From Eledone cirrhosa (lineage: Eukaryota), in the NCBI GenBank assembly GCA_964016885.1, contig OZ024740.1, positions 303,924,001 through 303,988,000 of the forward strand: a stretch of 64,000 nt of DNA. Direction: 5' to 3'. This document shows, piece by piece, positions 51,528-63,231 of this stretch (position 1 is its first letter; every line of letters starts with the position of its first letter). Made by a program: the position numbers and the translations under genes. The notes beneath the pieces were generated by a model that saw nothing but the letters and a program-made list of their open reading frames with translations, was not told where the DNA came from and searched no databases.

Positions 51528-54500
51528 CCGGTAAAAAAATTCAGGGATAGGAGAAAATTCTAGCCCCCCCCCCCTCTCCTTCCTTTGTGTCATGTTAGGA
51601 GGTCAGATTAATCGGTGGCACTCGAAAAAACCGAGCGAAAATAATTTCCCATTGTATGCTTTTTGTCTCCTCTTTAGAAAAATGACTGGAAATTAATTTT
51701 AAGTAATTTTTATTTTTATTTTTTTATATTCAATCTTTGTTAAATTAGATTTAACCCTCTAGTTACCCAATCCTGCCAAAACTAGCTCTGGTTCTAAAAC
51801 AAAACCACTCATTTTAAATTAAAATCTAACAATTTTATATAAGAACCATACATTAAGTTACTAGTGAAATAATAATTTTAGTAAATCCTTCAAAATTTTT
51901 CATTAATTAATTGAAATAGTGTATTTCATTAGAAATGCAGTCATGAAAGGGTTAGAGTTCTATCTACCTACTAATAAGGAAAATTCATAAAGAAATATAA
52001 CTCTTGTTAGAAAAGTTATACCATGTTAAGTGGTAAAAGTAATACATGGTTAATGTGAACTTGTTTTCACAGATGTTTATTTAAATCTTCCTTTATAATT
52101 TATATATTAAACAACGTTCCCCTAATTAATTTGATATATTTATTTAACACTAAGTTTTTTGTTTTTCTTTTCAAAATCTTATATAATATAAAAACTTATT
52201 GTATTTCTAGGCCAGCTGGTGGGGCCACAGTCACACCTAAAGAAAACAAATCAAAAGTACCATTAGATTGTGTAAGTATTCTAAATGAACTGACAAAGTG
52301 TTTTGTGTAAGAGTATATAAACTCGGGGTGTCTCACTCTCTTCCTCTGTAATGTTTATCACATTTTCATTAACTACCTATTTGCTATTAATTTTTATCCA
52401 TACTTGACACACTGTAAATGTGGTTGGCGTTAGGAAGGGCATCCAGCCATAGAAACCAAGCCCAAATCAGTTCTGTATGAGCAGGACATGGTCATCTGAT
52501 CTGGCTTGTCTCACAATGGGTGAGCTCGTTTAGCATCGAAAAATGGACATTAAATGTTGAGGATGGTGATGAATATGATACCATCTTCCTCTCCTAAACC
52601 TCTGCTTACAGGTGTTATACACAACCTAAACATTAATTTCAGACTTGCACTGATTCTTGTGAACAGAATCATTGAAAGCTTCTTTCAACGATCACATTGT
52701 GTTACTTAGCAACACAAAAACTTCAGTTGCTACAAATACCAGGCCTCAATTTGATTACACCTCATCATGGCACCTTGACAATCCACTGTAGTCCTCCAAA
52801 GGTACAACTTTTCTTTTCGGCTTGCTGAATCCCAATTCATTGTATAATCATTTATAATACTTCTGAAGATGTACAGTATTTAATAATGCTTTGTTATACT
52901 CAATATTTTCCCTCTTTATCTAAATTTAAATAACAAGCATTAATTGAATAAGATTTATTGAAACAATAAACAATTATAAAGCTATTAAATTGTTTAAAGA
53001 AATTTACTCTTGTCATCTCAGTTATATATGTTGTGTTATTATGTGTCCCTAAATTCTTCTATTCTTTAAATAACATCTCTTCTAAATTTGTTTCTGTCAT
53101 GTTAGTGACATAACAAAAACCTCCCAGTCCATCCTGTAAGGTGGTCATGCTGGTGACGCAACAAAAACCACCTAACATGGTTGGTGTTTTAGAAGGGCAT
53201 CTAGCCGTAGAACCAAGCCAAAATACTGATCTATATGAGCAGTACTTGGTTTCTTGACCTGACTTGTCTCATAATGCAACAACCTGTCTAACCATCCTTC
53301 ATAATTGTCCTGTAATTCTAGATTTTCTCTTTGCCCATGTTTTCCCTGCAGACATTGATTGACAGATGTTGAAACTGAATGTTAACCACATCAGTTTGCA
53401 AAGATCAGAAATCCTCCTTCAAGCTTAAAAATAGACATAGCAACATTTCAGATTTTCATCATTGTATAACTTTTTTTTGTAAAATATAGTTGACATATGT
53501 TTATGTGTAACAAAATGTCTTCTATGACTGATTATTGGCTTAATTAGTTAATGTTCATGTCTAATAACTCTGACTGCCATTGTGTAATCTTTACCAAACG
53601 TTACTATGATGGTCTATCCCGTTGAGATGCTACAGCCTTTTGACACCATATAAAATCTATATGAACGTCTTTATTTTAAATGTAATTTTTTTAAATGTTA
53701 TCTGCTTATTACAGAAAACAGAAGCATATGTTGACAGTTTGTATAATGCAGCATTTCAGAAGCACACTTCACGGCCTAATAATAATTTGGAAGGTTATTT
53801 TATAGTACTTCGCTGGTATAAATTTAGCACAACATGGATAACATATTATGTTGGCGAAGGAGAAATTCGCTCAGAACTTAATCGCTTATTTGGCTCTCCG
53901 AAGACACCTAAAGCAATCAATCAATACTTGACCTCAGTTTCGAGAAAGGATCGTAGCAGATTGTTAGCTCTCAAGTGGTTTCCGTATCCTGACGACTTCA
54001 AGGTAATTAGTGTAATGTCATTATTGGGAAAGTTTGTTTGCTTTAATGTCCTCTTCAGAAACATTGTTCATGAAAAATATTTTAAATCATAAACATAAAA
54101 AAAAATTTTTGCACAAATATTTGTATGTGAACAGCTGATATGTGTAGAAAATATAGCTGTAATGATGTGTAGAAAACGTAGTTATATTGGTATGTGTAGA
54201 AACTATAGCTGTGTTGATATCTATTGAAAACAGTTGTGTGATGTATTTGGCCTCATGGATGTTGCAGGATTGACAGCTAGTGATTTGAATAATGTATTTC
54301 TATATTTGTAATGGCTATTCTGTAGATTGTAGATTAATTAATCATGCAGATGTTGTGGATGGAAAAACTTTTGACACAATAAGAAGTTAATTCAGTGTGA
54401 AAGTATTTTCAGCAGAAGTCATTTAAGTCTGTACAAAACTGCTCTACTGATATAGTGTTGAGCTTGTAACTTCACGCAAAAAGATATCATTAAGTGAGTG

Positions 54501-55147
54501 GATTGTGGGCACAAAAACGTGTTGACTAGTTCCTACTGGAATTCTTTGAACAGTGACTTACCTTAAATTTTCAAATTAAAACTTATTTTCTTTTAACTTA
54601 ATAGAACCCACTGAAGTGGTTAGAGTGTTGAGGTTGTGAGTTCAATTCCTAGACCAGGCTATGTATTTTGTTCTTGAGCAAGATTTTATTTCACGTTTTA
54701 GTTCAATCAGCTGAGCTGTAGAAATTTGTTGCAACATCACTGATATCAGCCTTTGCTTTTCCCTTGGTCAACATCAGTGGTGTGAAGAGAGGAGACTGGT
54801 ATGCATGGACGACTGCTGGTCTACTGCAAACAACCTTGCTCGAACTTGTGCCTTGGAGGGGAACTTTCTAGATGCAAATCCAATGGTCATTCGTGACTGA
54901 TGGGGTTATAAAAAAAAAAAAAACATTTAATGTCTTTTTGAATTGAAATCAGGAATGGTAAAGATTTTAATAATTAGGATTATGTTTATGATTTTATCAA
55001 TATACTAAATTGAATGATGGAACTACATTTTTCATGATTAATAGATAAAGTAATATTTTGTAATTTCAGGCTTCAATGAAAGATATTAAAGCTGTCATTG
55101 CTGCAAAATACAATGAAAATTATGAACCACCATTTAATAATGTTTAA
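49638..55147 (+). CDS. Uncharacterised 153-aa protein with GIY-YIG-like motifs; 4 coding exons; probable snoRNA host gene
   Basis: Exons 49638-49672 (MARRKIKHVYK), 52211-52271, 53715-54002, 55070-55147 (TAA) all have strong GT-AG sites and compatible phases (2,0,0). Motifs EGYFIV...YYVGEGEIRSELNRL...LKW...YEPPFN. Another donor (G|GTAAGT) follows at 55173/55174. Confidence 0.72.
53715..54002 (+). CDS. Largest exon (96 codons) of the GIY-YIG-like gene
   Basis: Open frame inside ORF 53622-54092, bounded by TTACAG and AAG|GTAATT; non-repetitive, coding-like composition. Confidence 0.8.
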
Positions 55148-56122
55148 CAAAAGACACTACATAGGCTTGCTTGGTAAGTTAGGTGATATGTAACACTTTG
55201 TTTCTAATGTATTTCAAGTAAATTCCTAAATGAATCTATACTAGCTTTGTAAAACAACTGTAATTTTATATATCTATTATGAAAATTCAGTGTCAAATAC
55301 ACTCCAACAGGTAAAATGAGTGAAATATTTTAAATATTGTCAACAAGGAAATACTGAACATTATAGTGGCTATAATAAGGTTCCTCTAAGAGGTCTTTGG
55401 AGTAACGTTACTGGATAGTGGATAGCTTGGAGATCACAGCTCCGATACTATAAACATCGTCAGAATGTCTAAGGAAAGAATCGCTGGACAGATTTTACAG
55501 GCAAAAACCAACCCGAAGGAGACACAGGGGTAGACCCCGAGTAAGATGGTTGGATAACATCCATGAGCTTGGCTGGTCTTGCCTGGGGATCCAGCTAGAT
55601 CATTGGAGCTGCTTGAGGACCTGCCCCCACGGCACTCCCAGGAATAAGTGGGCAAAGAAGAAGCCTAAAGGCTTATTTTATGGCCAAACTAATTTTATCT
55701 AGTTTATCTTATCTTTTTTTGTTTATATTTTTTGCAAGTTGCTTTTGAGGAAGAGAATAATTGGCTCTGGTTTCTGCAGAGACTCAAACCTTCTTTCTGG
55801 AAATCCTGGCCATAGCTAGTTGATTTGTTTAAACTAATGGAAATTAAAACATTGAGTTAAAATCTGTCATGTACTGAGCTTAAGATGTTTCTACTTTTTG
55901 CATATGAAAATCCTGAAATTCAAAGTCACTATCTAAATAAATCTAAAGTTTACATATTTTTTAAGAAGAAATAAAATAAATCCAACTAGTTCAATAATAA
56001 ACAGGATTAGAATATATTAATAGTTAAGTAAATTAACCATCTTTTAGTAAGAAAATAGAAATCTTAATTTTCTATAATTACTTTGTAATACATTGTCTGT
56101 GTATCTTGTTTGAATATAATCT

Positions 56123-56233
56123 AACTTGCAGTGATGCTGTAATTTGCGTCTGATGGTGCAATGTGCAGACAGTTGCCTGCTGTCATTAAATGCCATTAGT
56201 TCTCACTGAAGAAAAGTTATAACTGAGCAAGTT
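56123..56233 (+). ncRNA. SNORD16: Box C/D snoRNA U16-like, copy 1
   Basis: Terminal stem AACTTGC/GCAAGTT, C box GTGATG, guide GTAATTTGCG plus D' CTGA, GACAGTTGCCTGCTGTC hairpin, D box CTGA; matches the recalled vertebrate U16 (TGCAATGATGTCGTAATTTGCGTC...GACAGTTGCCTGCTGTCA...ACTGAGCA). Confidence 0.92.
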
Positions 56234-56871
56234 TATTTACATGATATATTTAATCATCTTCATTGCCCATTTATTCCTGTGATGGTTGTGTGGACAGTCT
56301 TCAGACACTTATCAGAGGTTCCTATCAGAAGCATCCATCTCCAAATGATCTTGCTGGGTCTTCTGGTTAAACACTCCTTAAACATGTCTTTGTAGTACGG
56401 GAGATGTGATCTCGCTGCGGAAAAGTGGCGACTCCCTGACCTCCAAGCTGTGTACCCTATTGAATAACATTACTCCGAAGATCCTTCGGAGGTGCCTCCT
56501 TTTGTTCACTTGTGTTTGTGACTATTTTTTTAGTCATTACTTAAGATTCATTACCATAGGTAAGTGAGTTTACTGTTTACATCTACCTCTCTTCTGATGA
56601 CCAAGAGTTAAAGCTGATGCATTACTGCACCAGCTCCAACAGTTCCTATATTTAATTCATCCAGCCCCTGGGATACTTCATTCAAAGTCAGCACTAGATT
56701 ATAAGTTGTTGATACATTTTATTTAAGCTATCAGTGTTTCCAGGTGTAATTCTGACAGAAATGTTCATTTATAAAGAAGAATGTAATCTACAAGAATCAC
56801 AGCTGAGAAAGTTATGCTACTGCTATTGTTACAGTAATACATTGTCTCTGTGTCTTGTTTGAATATAATCT

Positions 56872-56982
56872 AACTTGCAGTGATGCTGTAATTTGCGTCT
56901 GATGGTGCAGTGTGCAGACAGTTACCTGCTGTCATTAAATGCCATTGGTTCTCACTGAAGAAAATTTGTAACTGAGCAAGTT
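56872..56982 (+). ncRNA. SNORD16: U16-like snoRNA copy 2
   Basis: Same 111-nt unit, boxes and guide intact. Confidence 0.92.
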
Positions 56983-57885
56983 TATTAACATGATATATTT
57001 AGCTAAATCTCTTAATGTAGTCTTCCAGTTAAGTCTTTCATTATCAATTTGTCGAAGAACCCACACATTTTGTTCCAATTTAACCACCTCTCTGTATTAA
57101 CTGATTTAATTTTGAAATTCATTGTTTTAATGTCTGTTCGACAACATGTAGTCACTATTGATATATATATATATATATATATACATAAATTCAGTTGTAT
57201 GATGCCTGTGTGAGATGCGTGATGCTGTGTGGCAGCAACTGCAGAGGATATGCGAAGGCTGGGGAGAAATAAAGCTAGCATGCTCCGATGGATGTGAAAT
57301 GTCGCTGTGCGTGAACGACTAGGCATGGACGAGTTGAGAGTGAAACTGTATAAGAGGGATAAACTGTAGTGTGCGGGAGAGAAGGCTGCGTTGGTATGGC
57401 CATGTGATGCACATGGAAGATGACCGCTGGGTGAAGAAGTGCCAAGAAGTCCTGGTGGAAGGAAGACCACGAAAAACATAGTCTGAGGTGGTGAGAGCTG
57501 ACCTCTGGTCATTGAAGCTCACAGGAGATGACGAAGGACCATGATGAATGGAGAGATGCTGTACTGAAAAGGACCTGCCCCACCCTTACAAGCAGGGAAA
57601 AGCGGACATAAAATGATGATGATATATATACTGGTGTTTCATGCATTTATATCCAATAACTGATATTTTTGTCAGAATTTATTTCAGAAGTCTTAAGATT
57701 TATGACTGAATATTCCTAGCTAAATTGTTGACTATTCCACAGTGAATGTTTTGTAAACTTAGTTAAAATATATTACAATCCACATATCCCATATGTATAT
57801 AGTTATCATGATAGCTTACTCACTGAAATAATACTCTACTGTTATTTTGTATAATTACATTGTGTGTCTTGTTTGAATATAATCT

Positions 57886-57996
57886 AACTTGCAGTGATGC
57901 TGTAATTTGCGTCTGATGGTGCAATGTGCAGACAGTTGCCTGCTGTCATTAAATGCCATTAGTTCTCACTGAAGAAAAGTTATTACTGAGCAAGTT
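57886..57996 (+). ncRNA. SNORD16: U16-like snoRNA copy 3
   Basis: Same 111-nt unit, boxes and guide intact. Confidence 0.92.
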
Positions 57997-58751
57997 TATT
58001 TACATGATATTTTTATCATTTTTATTGCCCATTTATTCCTGTGATGGTTGTGGGGCCAGTCCTCAGACACCCTTTTCTAGAGCTTCCTATCAGAAGCAAT
58101 CATTCTCAAATGATCTGGCTGGGCCTCCAAGTGAGAGCAACCAAGATTATGGATGTTATTCAACCATCTTGCTTGTGTTGTGATCCACATCTGAGTCTTC
58201 GGTCAGTTGGTTTTGCTTGTAAAATCTGTGCAGTAATTGTCTTTTTAAACTTTCTAACATGTTAGTAGTACTGCAGCTATGATTTCTTGATGTAGAGAAG
58301 CATTGACTCTATCTGGATTTCTCAGCTATGCAATCTATTAACATTACTTGAAAGACTCTTCAGGGAGCCCCATTTAGCTCGCTCATATAGGTAAGCAAGT
58401 TTGGCTTTTACACCTTCCTCCCTTCTGATGATGGAGTGTTGAAGTTGGTGCATTACAGCACCAGCTCCAGCAATTCTTGAATTTAATTCCGCCATTTGCC
58501 TTCCATCAGTCATGAAAATGACTCTTAGATACTTGAACTTCTCCACCTTTGTGAGTGTAACTCCATTCTCATTCAAAATCAGCTGTAAGTCCTTAGTCAA
58601 TGTTGATATATTGTCTCAATTTAAGCTATCATTATTTCCAGGTGTAATTTTGACAAATATTGATTTAAAGAATGGTGTAATCTATAGAATCCCAATATAC
58701 TGCTATTGTTATAGTAATACATTGTCTCTGTGTCATGTTTGAAGATAATCT

Positions 58752-58862
58752 AACTTGCAGTGATGCTGTAATTTGCGTCTGATGGTGCAGTGTGCAGACA
58801 GTTGCCTGCTGTCATTAAATGCCATTGGTTCTAACTGAAGAAAAGTTCTAACTGAGCAAGTT
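58752..58862 (+). ncRNA. SNORD16: U16-like snoRNA copy 4
   Basis: Same 111-nt unit, boxes and guide intact. Confidence 0.92.
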
Positions 58863-59420
58863 TATTTACATGATATATCTAACTTAGATTTTAAACATAA
58901 ACCTCTTAAATGTTATAGTCTTTCATTATCAAACCGGTGAAGATTTGTGCCAATTTAACGATCGCTCTGTATTATCTAAATTAACCATTTCAAATGAAAT
59001 AATTAATAATTTTAGCAAATCCCTTGAAATGCTTCATTTATTGAAATAGTGTATTTCGTTAGAAATGTGGTCATGAAAGGGTTCAGTGTAACTTCTTGTC
59101 ACTTATCCTGTTGGGAACACTCATGATTGGTTTTCTTCTACTTATCAAATGGCTAATGATATTTTTACTTACTAGCAATATTTTAGGGAGAAAAATATTC
59201 AAAATGTGTTTCCATCCTTCTCTTTGTTCTTATATCTTCCTCTTCAATATCCAACTATTTTCTAGCAACTTATGGTATTCATATGGCTTTTTGGCCCTTG
59301 TCTTACTATACTGTAATGGGTGTACTTTTTTTTTACCATCACACTGAAAGCATGTCTTTAGTGTAGTCATGATAACTGATGAATTGGTAATACCCTTCTA
59401 TTGTATTTTAACATATAGTT

Positions 59421-59531
59421 AACTTGCAGTGATGCTGTAATTTGCGTCTGATGGTGCAGTGTGCAGACAGTTGCCTGCTGTCAATATATGCCACTGGCTC
59501 TCACTGAAGAAAATTTATAACTGAGCAAGTT
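59421..59531 (+). ncRNA. SNORD16: U16-like snoRNA copy 5
   Basis: Same unit, variant class (TCAATATATGCCACTGGCTC). Confidence 0.92.
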
Positions 59532-60204
59532 TATTTAACCTTCAAATTTAGTAATAGATCTTCAGTTAATATTGATGTAATATTTTATTTAAGCTATGAA
59601 TATTTCCAGGTGAAATACTGACATGCATTTTAAATTATAAAGAAAGGTATGATATATAGGAATAAGAAAGATGGCTGCTAATGAAAAAGCTGAGAAAATC
59701 ATGCTGCTATTGTTTCTGAGATTTGTCATAACTATTATAATAGGACTTTATTGTGTCAACATCTCTTCACTGTCTTCTACTCGCTATTGATATATATATA
59801 TATTAGAAAGTGTCGAGGCCTGATGGCTGAGCTCTTGCCATTTTGATAGCTAGTTCCACTCTATCCCAAGTATCGGGTACTCTGTTGAATAATGAATGGT
59901 CTTATTAGTTTAATCCTGATATATATATATACCCTCACACAATTCATTAATCTGGTGCTTCATGTAGCTATATCCAATAAGTGATATTTTGCTATAATTT
60001 ACTTCAGAAGTCTTATGACTGAATATTCCTAGATAAATGGTTTTGACTTTTGGACAGTGAATGTTTGGTAAACTTAGTTAAAATATATTACAATCCACAT
60101 ATCCCATATGTATATAGTTATCATGATAGCTTACTCACTGAAATGATATTCTACTGTTATTTTGTATAATTACATTGTCTGTATGTCATGTTTGAATATA
60201 ATCT

Positions 60205-60315
60205 AACTTGCAGTGATGCTGTAATTTGCGTCTGATGGTGCAATGTGCAGACAGTTGCCTGCTGTCATTAAATGCCATTAGTTCTCACTGAAGAAAAGTT
60301 ATTACTGAGCAAGTT
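60205..60315 (+). ncRNA. SNORD16: U16-like snoRNA copy 6
   Basis: Duplicate of copy 3. Confidence 0.92.
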
Positions 60316-61071
60316 TATTTACATGATATTTTTATCATTTTTATTGCCCATTTATTCCTGTGATGGTTGTGGGGCCAGTCCTCAGACACCCTTTTCTAGA
60401 GCTTCCTATCAGAAGCAATCATTCTCAAATGATCTGGCTGGGCCTCCAAGTGAGAGCAACCAAGATTATGGATGTTATTCAACCATCTTGCTTGTGTTGT
60501 GATCCACATCTGAGTCTTCGGTCAGTTGGTTTTGCTTGTAAAATCTGTGCAGTAATTGTCTTTTTAAACTTTCTAACATGTTAGTAGTACTGCAGCTATG
60601 ATTTCTTGATGTAGAGAAGCATTGACTCTATCTGGATTTCTCAGCTATGCAATCTATTAACATTACTTGAAAGACTCTTCAGGGAGCCCCCATTTAGCTC
60701 GCTCATATAGGATAGCAAGTTTGGCTTTTACACCTTCCTCCCTTCTGATGATGGAGTGTTGAAGTTGGTGCATTACAGCACCAGCTCCAGCAATTCTTGA
60801 ATTTAATTCCGCCATTTGCCTTCCATCAGTTATGAAAATGACTCTTAGATACTTGAACTTCTCCACCTTTGTGAGTGTAACTCCATTCTCATTCAAAATC
60901 AGCTGTAAGTCCTTAGTCAATGTTGATATATTGTCTCAATTTAAGCTATCATTATTTCCAGGTGTAATTTTGACAAATATTGATTTAAAGAATGGTGTAA
61001 TCTATAGAATCCCAATATACTGCTATTGTTATAGTAATACATTGTCTCTGTGTCATGTTTGAAGATAATCT

Positions 61072-61182
61072 AACTTGCAGTGATGCTGTAATTTGCGTCT
61101 GATGGTGCAGTGTGCAGACAGTTGCCTACTGTCATTAAATGCCATTGGGTCTAACTGAAGAAAAGTTCTAACTGAGCAAGTT
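61072..61182 (+). ncRNA. SNORD16: U16-like snoRNA copy 7
   Basis: Duplicate of copy 4 (GCCTACTG variant). Confidence 0.9.
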
Positions 61183-61740
61183 TATTTACATGATATATCT
61201 AACTTAGATTTTAAACATAAACCTCTTAAATGTTATAGTCTTTCATTATCAAACCGGTGAAGATTTGTGCCAATTTAACGATCGCTCTGTATTATCTAAA
61301 TTAACCATTTCAAATGAAATAATTAATAATTTTAGCAAATCCCTTGAAATGCTTCATTTATTGAAATAGTGTATTTCGTTAGAAATGTGGTCATGAAAGG
61401 GTTCAGTGTAACTTCTTGTCACTTATCCTGTTGGGAACACTCATGATTGGTTTTCTTCTACTTATCAAATGGCTAATGATATTTTTACTTACTAGCAATA
61501 TTTTAGGGAGAAAAATATTCAAAATGTGTTTCCATCCTTCTCTTTGTTCTTATATCTTCCTCTTCAATATCCAACTATTTTCTAGCAACTTATGGTATTC
61601 ACATGGCTTTTTGGCCCTTGTCTTACTATACTGTAATGGGTGTACTTTTTTTTTACCATCACACTGAAAGCATGTCTTTAGTGTAGTCATGATAACTGAT
61701 GAATTGGTAATACCCTTCTATTGTATTTTAACATATAGTT

Positions 61741-61851
61741 AACTTGCAGTGATGCTGTAATTTGCGTCTGATGGTGCAGTGTTCAGACAGTTGCCTGCTG
61801 TCAATATATGCCACTGGCTCTCACTGAAGAAAATTTATAACTGAGCAAGTT
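61741..61851 (+). ncRNA. SNORD16: U16-like snoRNA copy 8
   Basis: Duplicate of copy 5. Confidence 0.92.
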
Positions 61852-62525
61852 TATTTAACCTTCAAATTTAGTAATAGATCTTCAGTTAATATTGATGTAA
61901 TATTTTATTTAAGCTATGAATATTTCCAGGTGAAATACTGACATGCATTTTAAATTATAAAGAAAGGTATGATATATAGGAATAAGAAAGATGGCTGCTA
62001 ATGAAAAAAGCTGAGAAAATCGTGCTGCTATTGTTTCTGAGATTTGTCATAACTATTATAATAGGACTTTATTGTGTCAACATCTCTTCACTGTCTTCTA
62101 CTCGCTATTGATATATATATATATTAGAAAGTGTCGAGGCCTGATGGCTGAGCTCTTGCCATTTTGATAGCTAGTTCCACTCTATCCCAAGTATCGGGTA
62201 CTCTGTTGAATAATGAATGGTCTTATTAGTTTAATCCTGATATATATATATACCCTCACACAATTTATTAATCTGGTGCTTCATGTAACTATATCCAATA
62301 AGTGATATTTTGCTATAATTTACTTCAGAAGTCTTATGACTGAATATTCCTAGATAAATGGTTTTGACTTTTGGACAGTGAATGTTTGGTAAACTTAGTT
62401 AAAATATATTACAATCCACATATCCCATATGTATATAGTTATCATGATAGCTTACTCACTGAAATGATATTCTACTGTTATTTTGTATAATTACATTGTC
62501 TGTGTGTCGTGTTTGAATATAATCT

Positions 62526-62636
62526 AACTTGCAGTGATGCTGTAATTTGCGTCTGATGGTGCAATGTGCAGACAGTTGCCTGCTGTCATTAAATGCCATT
62601 AGTTCTCACTGAAGAAAAGTTATTACTGAGCAAGTT
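62526..62636 (+). ncRNA. SNORD16: U16-like snoRNA copy 9
   Basis: Same class as copies 1, 3 and 6. Confidence 0.92.
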
Positions 62637-63120
62637 TATTTACATGATATTTTAATCAACTTTATTGCCCATTTATTCCTGTGATGGTTGTGGGGCCAGC
62701 CCTCAGACACCCTTTTCTAGAGCTTCCTATCAGAAGCATCCTTCTCCAAATGATCTGGCTGGATTTCCTGGTTAAACACACCTTAAACATCTTTGTAGTA
62801 CGGGAGATGTGATCTCTTAATGTGGAAATGTGGCGACATCTACCTCTCTTCTGATGACCAAGACTTGAAGATGATGCATTACTGCAGCAGTTCCTGCATT
62901 TATTTCAGCCAGGTCTCGAGATAATTCTATCTCATTCAAAGTCAGCACTAGATCATCAGTTGTTGATACATTTTATTTAAGCTATCAGTGTTACCAGGTG
63001 TAATTCTGACAAATGTTCATTTATAAAGAATGTAATCTACAAGAATCACAGCTGAGAAAGTTATGCTACTGCTATTGTTACAGTAATACATTGTCTGTGT
63101 GTCTTGTTTGAAGATAATCT

Positions 63121-63231
63121 AACTTGCAATGATGCTGTAATTTGCGTCTGATGGTGCAGTATGCAGACAGTTGCCTGCTGTCATTAAATGCCATTGGTTC
63201 TCACTGAAGAAAATTTGTAACTGAGCAAATT
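63121..63231 (+). ncRNA. SNORD16: U16-like snoRNA copy 10
   Basis: C box ATGATG, guide and D'/D boxes intact; same class as copy 2. Confidence 0.9.

Larger units (their letters stand above)
57630..62750. repeat. Recent tandem duplication, period about 2320 bp, about 2.2 units, three snoRNAs per unit
   Basis: Near-identical ORF pairs offset by 2319-2320 (57953/60272, 58512/60832, 59096/61416); 56090-57050 also recurs at about 62490-63295. Confidence 0.92.

Noticed and set aside
53715-55147. Host protein as a domesticated Penelope GIY-YIG endonuclease
   Set aside because: Lacks the Cys/His motif typical of PLE endonucleases and has no RT remnant; proximity to PLE-like inserts is probably coincidental.
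57953-61667. Duplicated short ORFs as a tandem gene family
   Set aside because: They overlap snoRNA ends, LINE remnants and AT-rich spacer; their identity simply reflects the 2.32-kb duplication.
56123-63231. CRISPR-like repeat-spacer array
   Set aside because: Repeats are 111 nt with C/D boxes and an rRNA guide, spacers are several hundred bp and partly duplicated, there are no cas genes, and the context is eukaryotic.
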